A program made the translations under genes and the position numbers. From contig OZ024740.1 of assembly GCA_964016885.1 (NCBI GenBank), positions 231,322,001 through 231,386,000 of the forward strand: a stretch of 64,000 nt of DNA, given 5' to 3'. Within the stretch, counting starts at the first letter, position 1; each line of letters starts with the position of its first letter. This DNA is from Eledone cirrhosa (Eukaryota). This document shows positions 25,454-40,004 of this stretch, one piece after another. Below the pieces are notes generated by a model that ran no database searches, had not been told where the DNA came from, and saw only the letters and a program-made list of their open reading frames with translations.

Positions 25454-26163
25454 TGTTGCATGGTAGTGAGACTGGGCGCTGAAGGTGGAAGACTTACGTA
25501 GATTAGAGAGAAACGAAGCCTGCATGCTCCGATGGATGTGTAACAGTAATATACGTGAACGACAAAGCATAAATGAATTGAGAGAGAGACTGAACATAAA
25601 AGGAATCAAATGCTGTGTGCAGGAGAGGCGGTTGCGCTGGTATGGATATGTGATGCGTATGAAGGATGACAGCTGCATAAAAAGGTGCAGAGCACTAGAA
25701 GTTGATAGAAACCGCGGAGTGGGGAGACCCAAGATGACCTGGGATGAGGTGATAAAAGCCGACCTTACCCAATTACACCTCTCAAAGACAATGACACACG
25801 ACCGTGACCTCTGGCGTCACGTAGTAATACAGAGTACCCGACCTCCCATGGGTACATGCTGAAGCATATAAACAATATGCCCCCCCCCCCCCCCACCGCA
25901 AGGTGGTCGTGGAGGTGCCACGGCAAAAAAGCACCCAGCCCACACTGTAAAGTGGACATGTAGGCGCCACGAAAAAGCACCCAGCACTCACTGTAAATGA
26001 GGTTGGTGTTAGGAAGGGCATCCAGCTGTAGAAATCAAGCCAGATCAGTTCCTGTATGAGCAAGGCATGGTCAGCCGACCAGACACTGCCCACAACAGGA
26101 CAACCCGTCTAACCCATGCTAGCGTGGAAGAACGGACGTAAAACGGTGATGATGATGATGATA
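25454..26163 (+). mobile_element. RTE LINE 3' fragment
   Basis: ORF 25485-25862 (LERNEACMLRWMC...RWYGYVMR), then 3'UTR and (GAT)n tail. Confidence 0.92.
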
Positions 26164-27004
26164 TATATATATACAAAATTTAGTACAGCATCAATGAAGC
26201 CATGGTTGCAGCCAAGCTAATGAATGCAGTTTTGGTGTGCAGCTAAGCACTCCATAGGGTATATAACCCTAGAGTTATAACATTACGTTTAGACAGCTTT
26301 GCAAATTGAAGACAGCGACCGATAGAAGGGCCGCAGTGACCATAGCCACGAAAAAGACTGAACTCATGAAAAAATTTTTTGACATATGAGAGAGAGAAGG
26401 TGAAGTTGGAAATAACACGGAAAATATATTTAAGGGTCTGTTTTTCTCTTTTGAATCGTCAAAGTGACATTATGGAAAAGATAACATTATTAAAAAAAAT
26501 GAGAGAGACAATTCTTTTTAAAAAAAATTTTTATAATGTATATAAAGTATATGAAGAATTACCGGTTTCAATGTATTATTAAAATCCATCTTATCAAATG
26601 TTGAGTGTAAAAAATAAAAAAATAATTAATAGGACTTAAAAACTAAGGGTTTAAAATTAAAATCAAATGTTTGGAGTAAATTTTCTTCCATCCTTCTTGC
26701 TGAAAAATTTGGTTGTAAGAGAAGGTAGTAGTACTTATTTTTCTTCACAGAAGAAAGTTGTGTTTTGAAAAACATCCTGTGTGTGTATTGTGTTGAGTGA
26801 TCAATAGTTGAAAGGGGGATAGGGGATTATAAGTTAGAGGTGAGTTCTGTCGAAGCAGCAGGAGGATTGTAGGAGAAATTCTATTATTGGAATGTGGTTT
26901 TAGGGAGTGTATGTTCTACAGAACTCATACACTATATATGTAATATACATCCACATATCATACATATACATACACACTTCATATATATACACACATAAAT
27001 ATAT

Positions 27005-27735
27005 CATCAGCCTTGTTGATTAGTGTCCATCATTCATGGGTAGGATGGATTGACCCTTGTTTAGCTCACCCAGAGCAGATTTTGGCTAGGTTTCTACAGC
27101 CAACTACATTTACAGTGTGTGCTGGGTGCTTTTTGTCGTGTCACCTACACGACCACTTTACAGTGTGGACTGGGCACCTTTGTCATGCCACCAACACAAC
27201 CATTTTGCAGTGGGGCCTAAGCATCTTTGTCTTGGGAGGGGGGAGAAGCTTGGGGAAAAATGTGGACAGGGGTAGTAGGGAAGGTATGGTTGCCGCTAAG
27301 GGAGGTGAATGAAGGGGATAGAAGGTTGAGGAGAGTGTTGCCTACTAGGTATAAGCCTCATCCTGAGAATAATAGAAGGCGGGTCTTCTGTAAAACTGCG
27401 TAGCGCCAGAGGTCGTGGTCCTGAGTCATTGCCTTTGAGAGGTGTAATTATGCAAGGTCAGCTTTTATTACCTCATCCCAAGTCTCCCTAGGCCTACCCA
27501 CCCCACGGCTACCATCGACTTTGAGCGCTTTGCACCTATTATACAGCTGTCATCCTTCATACGCATCACATGTCCATACCAACGCAATCTCCTCTCCTGC
27601 ATACAACAATTGATCCCTCTTAAACCTAATTTCTCATGCAGTGTATTTATACTTTGCCGTTCACGTATATTGCTATTGCTTATCCAGCGAAGCATGGGGG
27701 CTTCATTTCTTTCCAATCTTCGCAGGTCCTCAGCC
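27005..27735 (-). mobile_element. RTE LINE 3' fragment
   Basis: ORF 27468-27716 with ERRLRWYGHVMRMKDD, followed by 3'UTR. Confidence 0.88.
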
Positions 27736-28561
27736 TACTGTTGAAAAATTAAAAGAAATTTAATCAGTGTTATTTACCTCATAAAGAACTCTTTTAAAGG
27801 GAAACAGCCTGTTCAAAACTTGAAAGACACTACCTTTCTGTTTGAATAAAAGTTCCAAGTAATGCTAATGATAGTCAGACCTGCTTTTGAGAGTAGAATT
27901 GATGAATGATGAGATATGTTTGAAAGTTATTTGGTACAATGAAAACAAAATATCAACAGTTCTTTGGTATTATATAATTAGGAAAGATATAGTTGAGTGA
28001 ACTGCTCCCAGTGCATTACTGGTACTTAGAAAATCTTGAGAGATGAAAGGATATAAGATCTATATAAAGATCTAAGTCGGATATAAACGTAGAACATATA
28101 GCATGGGAGGAAGGAAGAGTTAGAATACTGCTAAGAAGTGTTCCATTCTACCAAATTTGGAACTCCACATTAATAATTATTTCTATTATAGGGTTTGAGA
28201 GGATCCTTTAGTCTAGTCTAGTATGACACACCCAGTAGACCCTGTAAAGTGATAGTGCTGGTGCCACAAGAAAATACACCCAGTCTCCTTTGTAAAGTGG
28301 TAGTGATGGTGCCATGAAAAATGCATCCCTCTGTAATGGGGTTTGTATTAGGAAGAGCTTTCACTCACAGAAGTCCTGATAAATATAGAATGTATTCGAG
28401 CAAGGCATAAGATTCCAAAACATTTCAAGTCTCTGGTGTCAAATGTATCAAGTATCCTGTAATATTAGGTGCAGATCCATAGCTCATATTTTTCACAATG
28501 TTAGAGAACTACACATAAGTGAATATGAGTAGATAGCATGAAGACTATTTGTAGGTTGACT

Positions 28562-28640
28562 CAGTAGGTAGGCTTCATTAGGTAGGCATGCATTAGGTAG
28601 GCTTCATTAGGTAGGCATGCATTAGGTAGGCATGCATTAC
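28562..28640. repeat. 14-15-bp tandem repeat x5
   Basis: ggtaggcttcatta / ggtaggcatgcatta units. Confidence 0.85.
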
Positions 28641-29294
28641 TGTCCAACTACATAGCATGTAGAAACTTTCTGGTAACACATCTTATGCAGCAGCAAGTGT
28701 TTTAAGGCCATTTTCCTTGCTAATGCAGTAGGTTAGCTTTGCAGGGCCCCATAAAGAGCTTGATGCTCATCATAGTACTCTTTGAAGCAATGTTCTATGG
28801 ACAGATGCCCTTCCTTTTAGTCACCTCTTATGACATGCAGGGATACAGTATACCTAGTCTGTACTGAATACACAATATTTGGATGTATTTATTTATGTCT
28901 CTTTCACCGGTTTTTATCAGTGCAGGATATAAACATCAATGAGAAAATTGTAAAAATCGTGTTTTTGCAAACAAAATTCCTTGCATCATGTTAAACACTA
29001 CTTTATCAGTTTTGCTATCAGAAACATAATAAACCACTGGTTGGCCGATTGAAAACCTGTAGTTAACAATGCTATTGTTCAGAAATTCTGATATAAAATA
29101 GATAAATACATAAATAAATAACTTTTATTGCAACACCAGAAATATACTTCTGGAATAATTGAGAGAATGTATATGATCAATTTCCTTCAACATTAAATAT
29201 AAATATGACATTTTGATATCTTAGTAGGCTATATTTCTTTTATCAATGTTGGAAGGAAATTTACACATTAAATTAATTACATTCATAATCAATA

Positions 29295-29870
29295 GAGTGT
29301 GTAGCTCAGAGAGTCGCTCCAAGTAGAGATGCTACTGCTCTGACACTATGGGCATGTGGTTTGAATAGGGTTTCTCCAAAGGATCTTTGGAGTAATGTTA
29401 CTCTATAGAGTACATAGCTTGGAGATCAGAGAGTCATTCCAGGTAGAGCTTTTACTTCTTAGAATTGAGAGATCACAGCTCTGATACTATGGGCATAATG
29501 TTAGAATGGGGGTTCCCCCAAAGAGTCTTTAGAGTAACATTACTCAGTAGAGTGTGTGGCTCAGAGATCAGAGAGTTGTTCCAAGTAGAGCTGCTACTTC
29601 TCTGAATTGAGAGATAACAGCTCTGGTATTACAGGCTCGAGGTTAGAATGTCTCAGGAAAGAATCACTTTACAGATTTTATGAGCAAAACCAGCCGGCAG
29701 GAGACTAAAGGATAGATACCGGGCAAGATAGTTGGATAACATCCATGAGCTCAGTTGGGGATTTAGCTGGATCAATTGAAGAAGGTTGCTTCTGATAGAA
29801 CCTGTTGGAAGGTGTGTTTGAGCACTCTGCCCCAGTGACTCTCCCAGGAATAAGTAGGCGAAGAAGAAGA
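29295..29870 (+). mobile_element. 3' fragment of a third RTE-like family with (GAA)n tail (also 39540-39870 -, 50597-51000 -)
   Basis: Shared agatggttggataacatccatgagc segment (RWLDNI) and GAA tails; internal duplication at 29295-29650. Confidence 0.6.
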
Positions 29871-30633
29871 CATTAATAATTTCTCTTTATCAATTTTTCA
29901 TATTATAGAAAATATTAAGGTCAGTGGATTGGTAGTATTGGTAAAGTGTAGGACAACATGCTTCAGGGCATGATGATGATGACACTACATTAAAGAGACT
30001 TTAGTTATTCCTATAAATGACTAGTGAAAATATTGTATTTTCAGCATTCTCTTTAATAGATCTGTTATTTCCATATATACATAGTCTGGATAAAGCAACA
30101 GCTGGTGTTAAAGTAATTTATATTCCCTTTTTAATGTCTTCCAATTGTTATGGTGTAATATAAATACTTTGTAACATACAGATAAAACATCATGCTGTAA
30201 CATTTTAATATTTCTGTTTCATCATCATCATTGTTTTTGCATCTGTTTCTCCACGTTTGCATGGGTTGGATGTGTCCTTCTCAGTCCAGCATCTCTCCAT
30301 TCGCCATCTTTTTTTGTCATATTCTCAGCGAGTCTCAGCGATTTGAGATCGGCTCTCACCACCTCTGCCCAGGTCTTCCTTGGTCCACCTCTACTGTGGC
30401 TTCCTTCCACTGACATTTCCTGGCACCTCTTCAACCATTGATCATCTTCTATGCACATCACATGTCCATACCAACAGTTTTTTCTCTTGCACACCACCCT
30501 GGACTCTTCTTAATAAAGTAAAACTATTTAGTTATTACATCCTCTGTATACATATCTAGATAGATGGACAAAGGCATGGCTATGTAGTTAAGAGTTTCAC
30601 TTCACAAGTACAGGGCTTCCTTTGTGTGTGTAC

Positions 30634-30870
30634 ATGTGCAGGATGGGGGAGGCAGCAGAAAGAGCCTCTCGTTGGCTTTGGAGCAGGAGAGAGGAGATAA
30701 GCTGGTAACCAGAAGGGGAAGATGGGCAGTAATTTGGCCACCGCTGCTGACTTACTAGTGAGAGGGTGTTACGGTTGAGGGTCAAAACACCCAATGAACA
30801 TTGGACACTATCTGATGACATCAACACCTCCTGACCAAGGCTATGTTCACTGAAGGTGAATGAATGTGAG
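30634..30870 (+). mobile_element. HERO-like non-LTR element, C-terminus and 3'UTR fragment
   Basis: 30649-30708 reads EAAERASRWLWSRREEISW*, resembling the C-terminus of HERO-clade ORFs as I recall it. Confidence 0.55.
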
Positions 30871-32404
30871 GCATCTTCTTGATGCCTATGTTCCAACCAC
30901 CAGTTTATTAATGGTTAAGTTAGTTATTTTACTAAACTCTCTAAATTTTTGATTATTTTCAAAATTATTTGGAATTCATAAGCAGTGTCTTTTATAAAAA
31001 ATATGGTAAAGACAGGATTATGGCATCAGTTTTCAGTTCAGGAGTTCAGGGAGAGAAATGAAAAGTAGAAAAACAACACATTTCAGATTACTTACAAAGA
31101 TAACAGATCAATATTAACAGAATCAAATCAAATCAAATCAAATCAAATCAAAAACAGCACAGCTCCCATGACTTTTGGAAACATTTTTTCACGCTCAGAG
31201 TTGCTGAAGCATGAAACAAACTACTTGCATCAGTTGTTAGCTGCCGAGACACTGCATCCTTTAAAACCTCCATGCTTCCTGAAATTCGCCAACACTACAC
31301 CTGATATCCCCCCTCCATACACACGCACACATGTATTTCATGACTCATACACTGTTCATTTTCCTGACATTTGAACATTATTCTATGTACTTTACATGCA
31401 CCTTTGATGAGTTGTAGTGCACCTGAGCACTGTACACAATAATTTCATTATTATTATTATTATAAATATTTAAATATATTCTTTGATTCTCTCTCAGGAA
31501 AAAATACTTCATATGAATATAAAAAAAACAGTGAAAGCACTAAATTTTAATCTTAATATAGGAGAGAGAGAGAGAAAGAGAGCGAGCGGGAGAGAGATAA
31601 TAAGGATTTCTAGTATAGGCACAAGCCCAGTAGCTTGGGGGAGAGGAAAGTTGGTTAAATCGACTGCAGTATGTTACTGGTGCTATTTTTTATCGACCCC
31701 GTAAAAGGATGAAAGGCAAAGTTAACGTCAATTTGAACTCAGACCGTAAAGGACTGTAACTCTATGCTGCAAAGCATGGCGTCCGATTCTCTACCAATAC
31801 TGCCAATCCACTGTCCTTAGAGAGAGATAATAAATGTTTTTATAGGTTATTCAGAGAGGCCTCCAAACTGGTGGTGGATAGAAAAGAAGGTATCCCCAAA
31901 CCTGGCCCAAATATAGGCTCTGCTAAAAAAAAAGCCCAAAGATCAGGTGGAAGTGTTAAACCAGGCCACAGATTAAATCTACCACCCAAATAGGCTACAA
32001 TAGGATTTGAACTAAGAATGCAAATAACCAAAACAGATAAAAATATAACAAGGAATTTCATACAGTGCTCTAACAATTTTGCCAATCTACTGCCTCTGGA
32101 TATTACTTTCATTAATTGTGACCCACCTCCTTCCTGAAGTGATGAAAGGTTAAGTTTAATCTCAGTAAGATTTGAACTTAGAGAGCAAAGAACTAGAACA
32201 AATATCACTATGTTTTAAAAACTTTGCTTATTTACTATTGTACTGACTGGTCTAAACTTTGATATTTATTGTTGATTCATGTGTAATTTTATTGCTAGAT
32301 AACCTATTTCTGTAAAAAACTGTTAAATGTTTTCTAATTTATTAATGGTTTATTACTCATAAGCAACTTCAACATTTTAATCAGAATGTTGTTCTGTAAG
32401 AAAC

Positions 32405-32780
32405 CATCATTATCATCCGTTTTTCCATGCCAGCATAAGTTATACAAGTTATCCTATTGTGAGAGAAGCCCGATCAGATGACTGTCTTGCTCATACATAA
32501 CTGATTTGGGCTTGGTTTCTTTGGCTGGATACCCTTCCTAATGCCAACCACTTTACAGTGTGTACTGGGTGCTTTATTGTTGTGACATTTATATGATCAC
32601 TTTACAGTGTGTACTGAGTGCTTTATTGTTGTGATACTTACACGACCACTTTACAGTGTGTATTGGGTGCTTTATTGTTGTGACACTTACATGCCGACCA
32701 CTTTACAGTGTGTACTGGGTGCTTTATTGTTGTGACACTTACATGACCACTTTACAGTGTGTGCTGGGTGCTTTTTGTTG
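32405..32780 (-). mobile_element. RTE 3'UTR with 5 copies of the ~48-bp module
   Basis: accactttacagtgtgtactgggtgctttattgttgtgacacttac repeated. Confidence 0.8.
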
Positions 32781-33403
32781 TACAAATAAAAGTTAATTAT
32801 TTTATCTGATAGAAAGAGGTGGGATTTGAACTCAGAATGTACAGAGCTGGATCACATACTGCTAAGCATCCTGGCTGACTCTTTAACAATTCCACCAATC
32901 CACTTTCCTCTCACTGGTACTTTATTTATTAGCCTCAAATGGATGAAAAGCAAAGCTGACCTACAATACTAGAAATAGCTAAAAATTTAATGAGATTGTT
33001 TTTGTGTTTTTTATTGTTGTTTTTTTTTGTGACAAATGTAACAGACTTTTTTAATAACCTGAACCAATAAAAAAAAAGAAAGGGGCTGATTGTTAGATCA
33101 GACAAAGGAAACAATGTTTCCATTGCTAAAACTATTTGTTGGTGGCAAATCTGGCAGAAATAGGCAGGATTTGAACTCAAAATGTACAGTACAGAGCTGT
33201 ATGAGACTCTGTAAAGCACCCAGTCCAACTCTTTAACAATTCCTTCAATCAACTGTTTCTAGAATGATACTATATTTTGGCAGGATTTGAATTCATAGCA
33301 CAGAAAGTTGGAACAAATACTATGGCATTTCATCTGATGCCTTAACAACTCTGCCATTTGGCTACCTATACTCACACTAATATTTTTCCTTTCTATATTT
33401 AGT

Positions 33404-35495
33404 CAGTCTCCCCCATATCGACCCAATAGAGGGACCAGCAGTGTTAGTCGAGGGGAGTATAATAAGTAAGGCAATCAAGGATATGAAGACTGGTAAGGCG
33501 GCTGGGCCTTCGGAAATAGTTGCTGAGATGCTGAAGGCATCTGGCACGGTGGGACACACCATGGTCACCCGCATAGTTAACCAAGTCGTACAAAACGGGG
33601 TTGTTCCGAAGGACTGGCATAGCAGCATCATCGTTAACTGTTATAAGGGTAAAGGAGACGCCCTAGATAGGAGTAACTATAGAGGCATTAAATTAATCGA
33701 CCAGGTCATGAAGGTCACGGAAAGAGTAATAGCGCAACTAATCAGAGAGAGAATTGACCTAGATGAAATGCAGTTCGGGTTTGTGTCAGGCAAAAGTACC
33801 ACAGACGCTCTTTTCATAGTACGACAACTACAAGAGAAGTACCTAGCTAAAGGTAAACCCCTCTACTTAGCTTTTGTCGACTTGGAGAAAGCCTTCGACA
33901 GAGTCCCCCGCTCCATTATCTGGTGGGCTCTTAGAAAACTAGGCGTTGACGAATGGCTTGTGAGGGCTATACAAGCCATGTATAAAGAAACAGTCAGCAA
34001 GGTTAGAATTAACAACGAATATAGTGAAGAGTTTAGCGTAAAAGTCGGCGTCCATCAGGGCTCTGTTCTCAGTCCACTACTATTTATTATTGCCCTTCAG
34101 GCCATAACAGAGGAGTTCAAGACAGGCTGCCCATGGGAACTCCTATACGCAGACGACCTGACACTCATAGCGGAATCAATGGCCGAGCTAGAGAAGAAAT
34201 TCCAAACATGGAAGCACGGCCTAGAGTCAAAAGGACTTAAAATTAACCTGGCTAAGACCAAAGTACTAGTTTGTAGGAAAGAAAACAAGGCGGCGGTCCC
34301 TTCTGGGAAATGGTCGTGCTCGGTGTGTAGGAAAGGCGTAGGTAGAAACTCCATTTTATGTCCTAAATGCAAAGTATGGGTGCATAAAAGATGTAGTGGG
34401 ATCACAGGTAGGCTAACTAAGAACATAGATTTTACATGTGGCCGGTGCTCTGGTGCAATAAGTAGCAGCAAGTGCCCACAAACTACTAGCTCTTTCAATT
34501 GCGCAGAGGGTTCTATAGAAATAGTGGACAGCTTCCGTTACCTGGGCGATAAAATCAGCAGTGGGGGAGGGTGCTCTGAAAGTACTGTAGCTAGAGTCAG
34601 AACTGGTTGGAAAAAGTTCAGAGAGCTTATACCACTATTAGCTGCTAAAGGGTTCTCACTAAAAATGAAAGGCAGGTTGTACGATGCCTGCATACGAACA
34701 GCAATGCTGCATGGCAGTGAGACCTGGGCATTGTGTGCAGAGGATATACGCAGACTAGAGAGGAACGAAGCTTGCATGCTCCGCTGGATGTGTAACAGTA
34801 ATATACGTGAACGGCAAAGCATAAACGAACTAAGGAATAAATTAGAGATAAGAGGGATCAGATGTTGTTTACTCGAGAGAAGGCTACGTTGGTATGGACA
34901 CGTGATGCGCATGAAAGTCGATAGCTGTATAACAAAGTGCAGGGCAATAAAGATAGACGGTAGTCACGGAATAGGCAGACCTAGAAAAACCTGGGACGAG
35001 CTGATAAACTCCGACATCACACACTTACACCTCTCCAAGACAATGTCACTGGACCGAGACCTTTGGCGGTACTCAGTAACAGAGAAGACCCGCCTTACCT
35101 AAATATATAGTAAAACCTACTCCAGCCAGTAGGCATCTCTAACAAATACACCCCGTCCCACCACCCCCACCCGATCCACACCACCCCGTTCTATGTAAAG
35201 TTATGTTGGTGCCGCGCCATCGAGGCCGAAACAAATGAGATCGTGTAGGTGTCACGACAAAAAAACACACAGTCCACGCTGTAATGTGGCCGTGTAGGCA
35301 ACACGGTAAAAACCTCCCAGACCCACACTGTAAATGTGGTTGGTGTTAGGAAGGGCATCCAACTGTAGAAAACCTGCCAGACAGTCCTATGCGAGCAAGA
35401 CAATCACTCTTGCCTCAAGTGGGACTACCCCCGTCCAAACCCATGCAAGCGTGGAACACGGACGTTAAACGTTGATGATGATGATGATGATGATG
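33404..35495 (+). mobile_element. RTE LINE, 5'-truncated, with an uninterrupted 553-codon RT+PHD+C-terminal frame (33441-35102)
   Basis: NYRGIKL, QFGF, AFVDLEKAFDRV, GVHQGSVLSP, LLYADD, C4HC3 finger, FRYLG, RWYGHVMR; 3'UTR and (GAT)n tail; no APE domain. Confidence 0.96.
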
Positions 35496-35499
35496 AGTA

Positions 35500-36658
35500 C
35501 TAGCTAAATGACATGGCATTGCCCGGGTTACTGCTGTTCTTATTCAGATTAGTAAAGAATAAATATGAAGATATATTTTTCTCTCATATTTATTTCAAAA
35601 TATCTGTTTTATTAAAAAAATATCAAAATTGTAATGATAATAGAATTACAATGAATTGTAACGATAATAGAACAGGGTAAACAATATTCATTGTGTAATT
35701 TTTTGTTGGTGTCCAAATGAATAAATTGTTGTGGCTTCCAACTTGTGAGCAACCAACATAGAGTTGACCGTAGGAGAAACATGTAGTAGAGATCAAATCC
35801 AACTACTTTGAGAGATTGACCCTGAGATTTGTTAATTGAAATAACAAAACTTAGTTTGACTGGAAACCGAAGCCTCTTAAATTTAAATGGAACAGCTGTA
35901 GGTATGAGAGGAATTCTTAGAATAAAGAAATTTGTTTTTCAATATTGTAAACAAATAAGTATCAACATCCAAAAGAAATATATATTAACCTCTATTTTTG
36001 TATGCAGTGTAAATTAACCAAATATAAGCAAATTAACCAAATATAAGCAAATGTATTAACTGCTAATTTAACGGTATGAGAATATAAATATAAATGAACA
36101 GACACACATACACTCACACAAACATTCACTTATAAAAAACACAGACATACATTCATACAAACACACAGTTTCACCCCACTAGCATTTCATTATGTTAGTT
36201 GTCACAGAAATGTATGTATACTTACACACACATACACTCTCACATATACTCACACACTTATACTTGTCAGTCATCACATATGTGTAGATGTGTGTGTGTG
36301 TGTTTAATTCTCTGTGTATCTGATTAAATATTTACGTAAAGATGTGTGTGTATGTAATTTACTAAGGCTTAATGTACGTAATGAACACGCAAACACTCAC
36401 AGAAACATATACGCTCATATACAAAACATGACGTCGCCGTTGTGTTATAAAATGTCCATTTACTTATAGTTGACTATAGTAGATTATTTTAGATAAAAGG
36501 TTATATTGTTTTAATCCAAATGAAAATAAAAATTGCATGTTAATCCCGGGGTCTAATACTATTACCTTTTAAAATTTGATTTGATTTGGTCAAGCCGTTT
36601 GAGAATGCATAAGGAAAAGATAGATAGACAGAGAGACAAAGAATTTTATATATATAGA
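35500..36658 (-). mobile_element. Non-autonomous Helitron
   Basis: Minus strand begins A|TCTATATATATAAAAttctttgtctctctgtctatc and ends cccgggcaatgccatgtcatttagCTAG|T: 5'-TC, 3'-CTAG, inserted between A and T. Confidence 0.7.
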
Positions 36659-37268
36659 TTGTATTTTAACAGTAAAGGCTTTATCTTACATAATTATCTA
36701 ACACAATATCAAATCTACGAGATTTTGATGTTATTTATTTTGAGAACAACCTTAATGTAGGTATGAGCAGCCAGTTACAGCCAGGTTGAACAGAAAGAGG
36801 TGAAAGTTCTGGCTAGTTTAAATGCTAACGGGTTAAATATAAAAATACTGACCTGCCTGTTTTGATTTGGGAATAAAAAAGTTTCAAGTATTTTCACTGG
36901 TTGGCATCCAAATATTTTTATTAAACAACATTTTATATTTATATGATAATGTACTTAATGTTGTTGACACCAACTAAATACAAAAATCAATACAGGTATT
37001 TTTAAAATATTTCAAGTGTGTTGTTGATTAAACATGACAACATTGTATTTGCTAAAACAGTCATATATCTTTTCGTTATTTAAAAAACAAAACATTCTTG
37101 ACAATGTAATTATGTGTGTTATGCTGCTATGTGACATTAATCTAACTCCTTTAATACAGCCTGAGATCGCATGTACTAATACAAAAGTTTTCACTTTTTT
37201 CAAAATAAAATCACAATCAAAATCTCAAACAGGAAATTTTATCTTGTCAACAATATTGTAATATATAT

Positions 37269-37331
<63 letters not shown>

Positions 37332-38600
37332 ATCATCATCATCATATAACGTCTATTTTGCATGGGTTAGACAGGTCGTTCATGTTATGAGACAAGTTTG
37401 GCCAGCTGGCGGCACTGTGCCTTGCTCAAACAGAACTGTATTTTGGCTGGGATTTTTAGAGCTGGATGCCCTTCCTAACACCAAACATGTTTACAATGTT
37501 GAACTCTAATTTGGGACCTGAGTGGTCCCATTGGAAAGTAGGGCTGTGTTATTTAGTAGTCCTGTTAGAAGGAAAGTCTTGCTAGATGGCTGTGCTGTAC
37601 CTGCATAACAGGACTGTGTGTGGGAAGGGTTTTTACAGCTGCTGGATGTCCTTCCTAACACCAACCGTGTTTACAGTGTAGCGCCCTTATGTGGAAGGTC
37701 TGGCCAGTTGGCCACACTGTACCCTGCTCATATTGGGATCTGGGTGATCCTATTATGGCCAGTTCGCTGCGCCATGCCTTGCTCAGAGTGGGGCCATGTT
37801 TAGGCTGGTTTTTTATGGCTGCTGGATGCCCTTCCTACTGCTAACAACATTTACAGTGTAAAACTGGATAGCACTGTTGTGAGGCAAGTCTGGTCAATTG
37901 ATTGCGTTGTATCTTGCTCAAAATGGGACTATTTTGGTTGCAATTTTTACAGCTGACACGTATGTGCGACCTTAACATTGCAATAGTTTTTCTTTAAATT
38001 TGTCCTTGCGCTCGATGAGAGGCCAATATGGAATGGCTTCTCCACTATACAGTGGTGGCCATAACTGGACTCCAAAACCTAAAGTTGTTTACATACATGT
38101 TAAGTGTATGAAATTTTAATTTATAGTATATATATATATATATACATCATCATCATCGTTTAACGTCCATCTTCCACGCTAGCATGGGTTAGACGGTTTT
38201 GTTCCATTTGACGTGGTACTGGTCAGGAGCCATGTCTCGCTCACACGGAAGCGTCTCTGGCAGGTTTTTTACAGCTGGATGCCCTTCCTAACACCAACCA
38301 CATTTACAGTGTGGACTGGGAACCTTTTACCATGTCTCCTATATGGCCACCTTACAGTGTGGACTGTTGTGTCATCGACACAGTGGACGGGACGGGCGAG
38401 GGAGGGAGGGTGGGGTGGTGTGTGGCGGTGGGGTGTACATTGAGTTAAGAGGTGTCTACTGACTGTAGGTTTGTATGCAATGGCATATATATAAATATAT
38501 ATATATAAAATGCTGACAAAATACACGTTTTTTCTCATAAAAATTTTCCGTACTTCTTCTCACTCTATTTTTCTATTTCATCTTTTATTTCTCATTCTAT

Positions 38601-38635
38601 TCTCTGATGAAAGACTAGTGCCTGAGACGTTAAGA
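38601..38635 (+). ncRNA. Degenerate minimal hammerhead motif
   Basis: ucu-CUGAUGA-aagacuagugccu-GAGAC-GUUA-aga. GAAA is mutated to GAGA. Confidence 0.45.
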
Positions 38636-39216
38636 CTCTTTTCCTACTATATATTTCTTCATTGTACTGTGCTGTTTGCTTCGTTATTTCCGTTTACTGT
38701 TATCTAAAGTGTTGCGCTTTGGGCAAGTGCCTTTTACTATAGCCTCAGACTAACCAATGAGTGAATTTGACAGTGAATTGTACAAAGTATCTGTGTGTGT
38801 GCGTGTTTATCTCTTTTCTTTGCATATGACAATGATGGCACATGTGATATTTGTTTATAATACATTCTGCATAAACAGCAATTCTGCTGCTCAGCAGTTA
38901 AAAGTAGGAAGATCCATACCTTACTTCAAAAATAATTGAGGATTGACATTTTATGAAAGATGTAAGGACAGTGGATTGGCAGAACTGGTAGAGCATCAGA
39001 CACCATGCTTTGTGGCATAGAGTTGTGGCCCTTAACGTTCTGAGTTCAAATCCCACCGAGGTTAGCTTTGCATCATTATGGGGATCAATAAAATAAAGTA
39101 CCAGTAATACACTGAGGTTGATTTAATTGACTTTTCCCTCCTCCCCAAATTGTTGGCTTAGACCCTATTATTTACTTATATATATATTTATTTTCTCTAT
39201 TTTATTTTCTTCTTAG

Positions 39217-39450
<234 letters not shown>

Positions 39451-39504
39451 TAAGTTTCACGTCTTTAATAAATCTTCTTTTTCTTCTTCTTCTTCTTCTT
39501 TTTC

Positions 39505-39535
<31 letters not shown>

Positions 39536-40004
39536 TTCTTCACCCACTTATTGTTATGAGGGTTGTGGAGGCAAAGTTCTCAAGCACTCCTTCCATTGGG
39601 TCCTGTCAGAAGCAACTGTCTCTGGTTGCATCCTCTAGTGAGACCAGCTGAGGGCATGGATGTTATCCAACCATCTTGCTCGGGGTCTACCTCTGGGTCT
39701 TCTGTCGGTTGGTTTTGATCATAAAATCTGTCCAGCCATTCTTCCTGAGACATTCTGACCATATGTCTGTAGTATTGGGATTGTGATCTCTCAATTCATA
39801 GAACTAGTGCCTCTACCTGGTGTAAATCTCTGATCTCTGAGCAACACATTCTATCGAGTAACGTTACTCCGAATCCCATTCTTTAACATGTCATTAATTT
39901 TATTTACATATATATTTCCATAGATTTATGGTTCAGGAAATTACTTTATAATCACTTGGTTCTGGCTTTTGTATCACTTTGTGGTACCTTGGGCAAGTGT
40001 CTAC

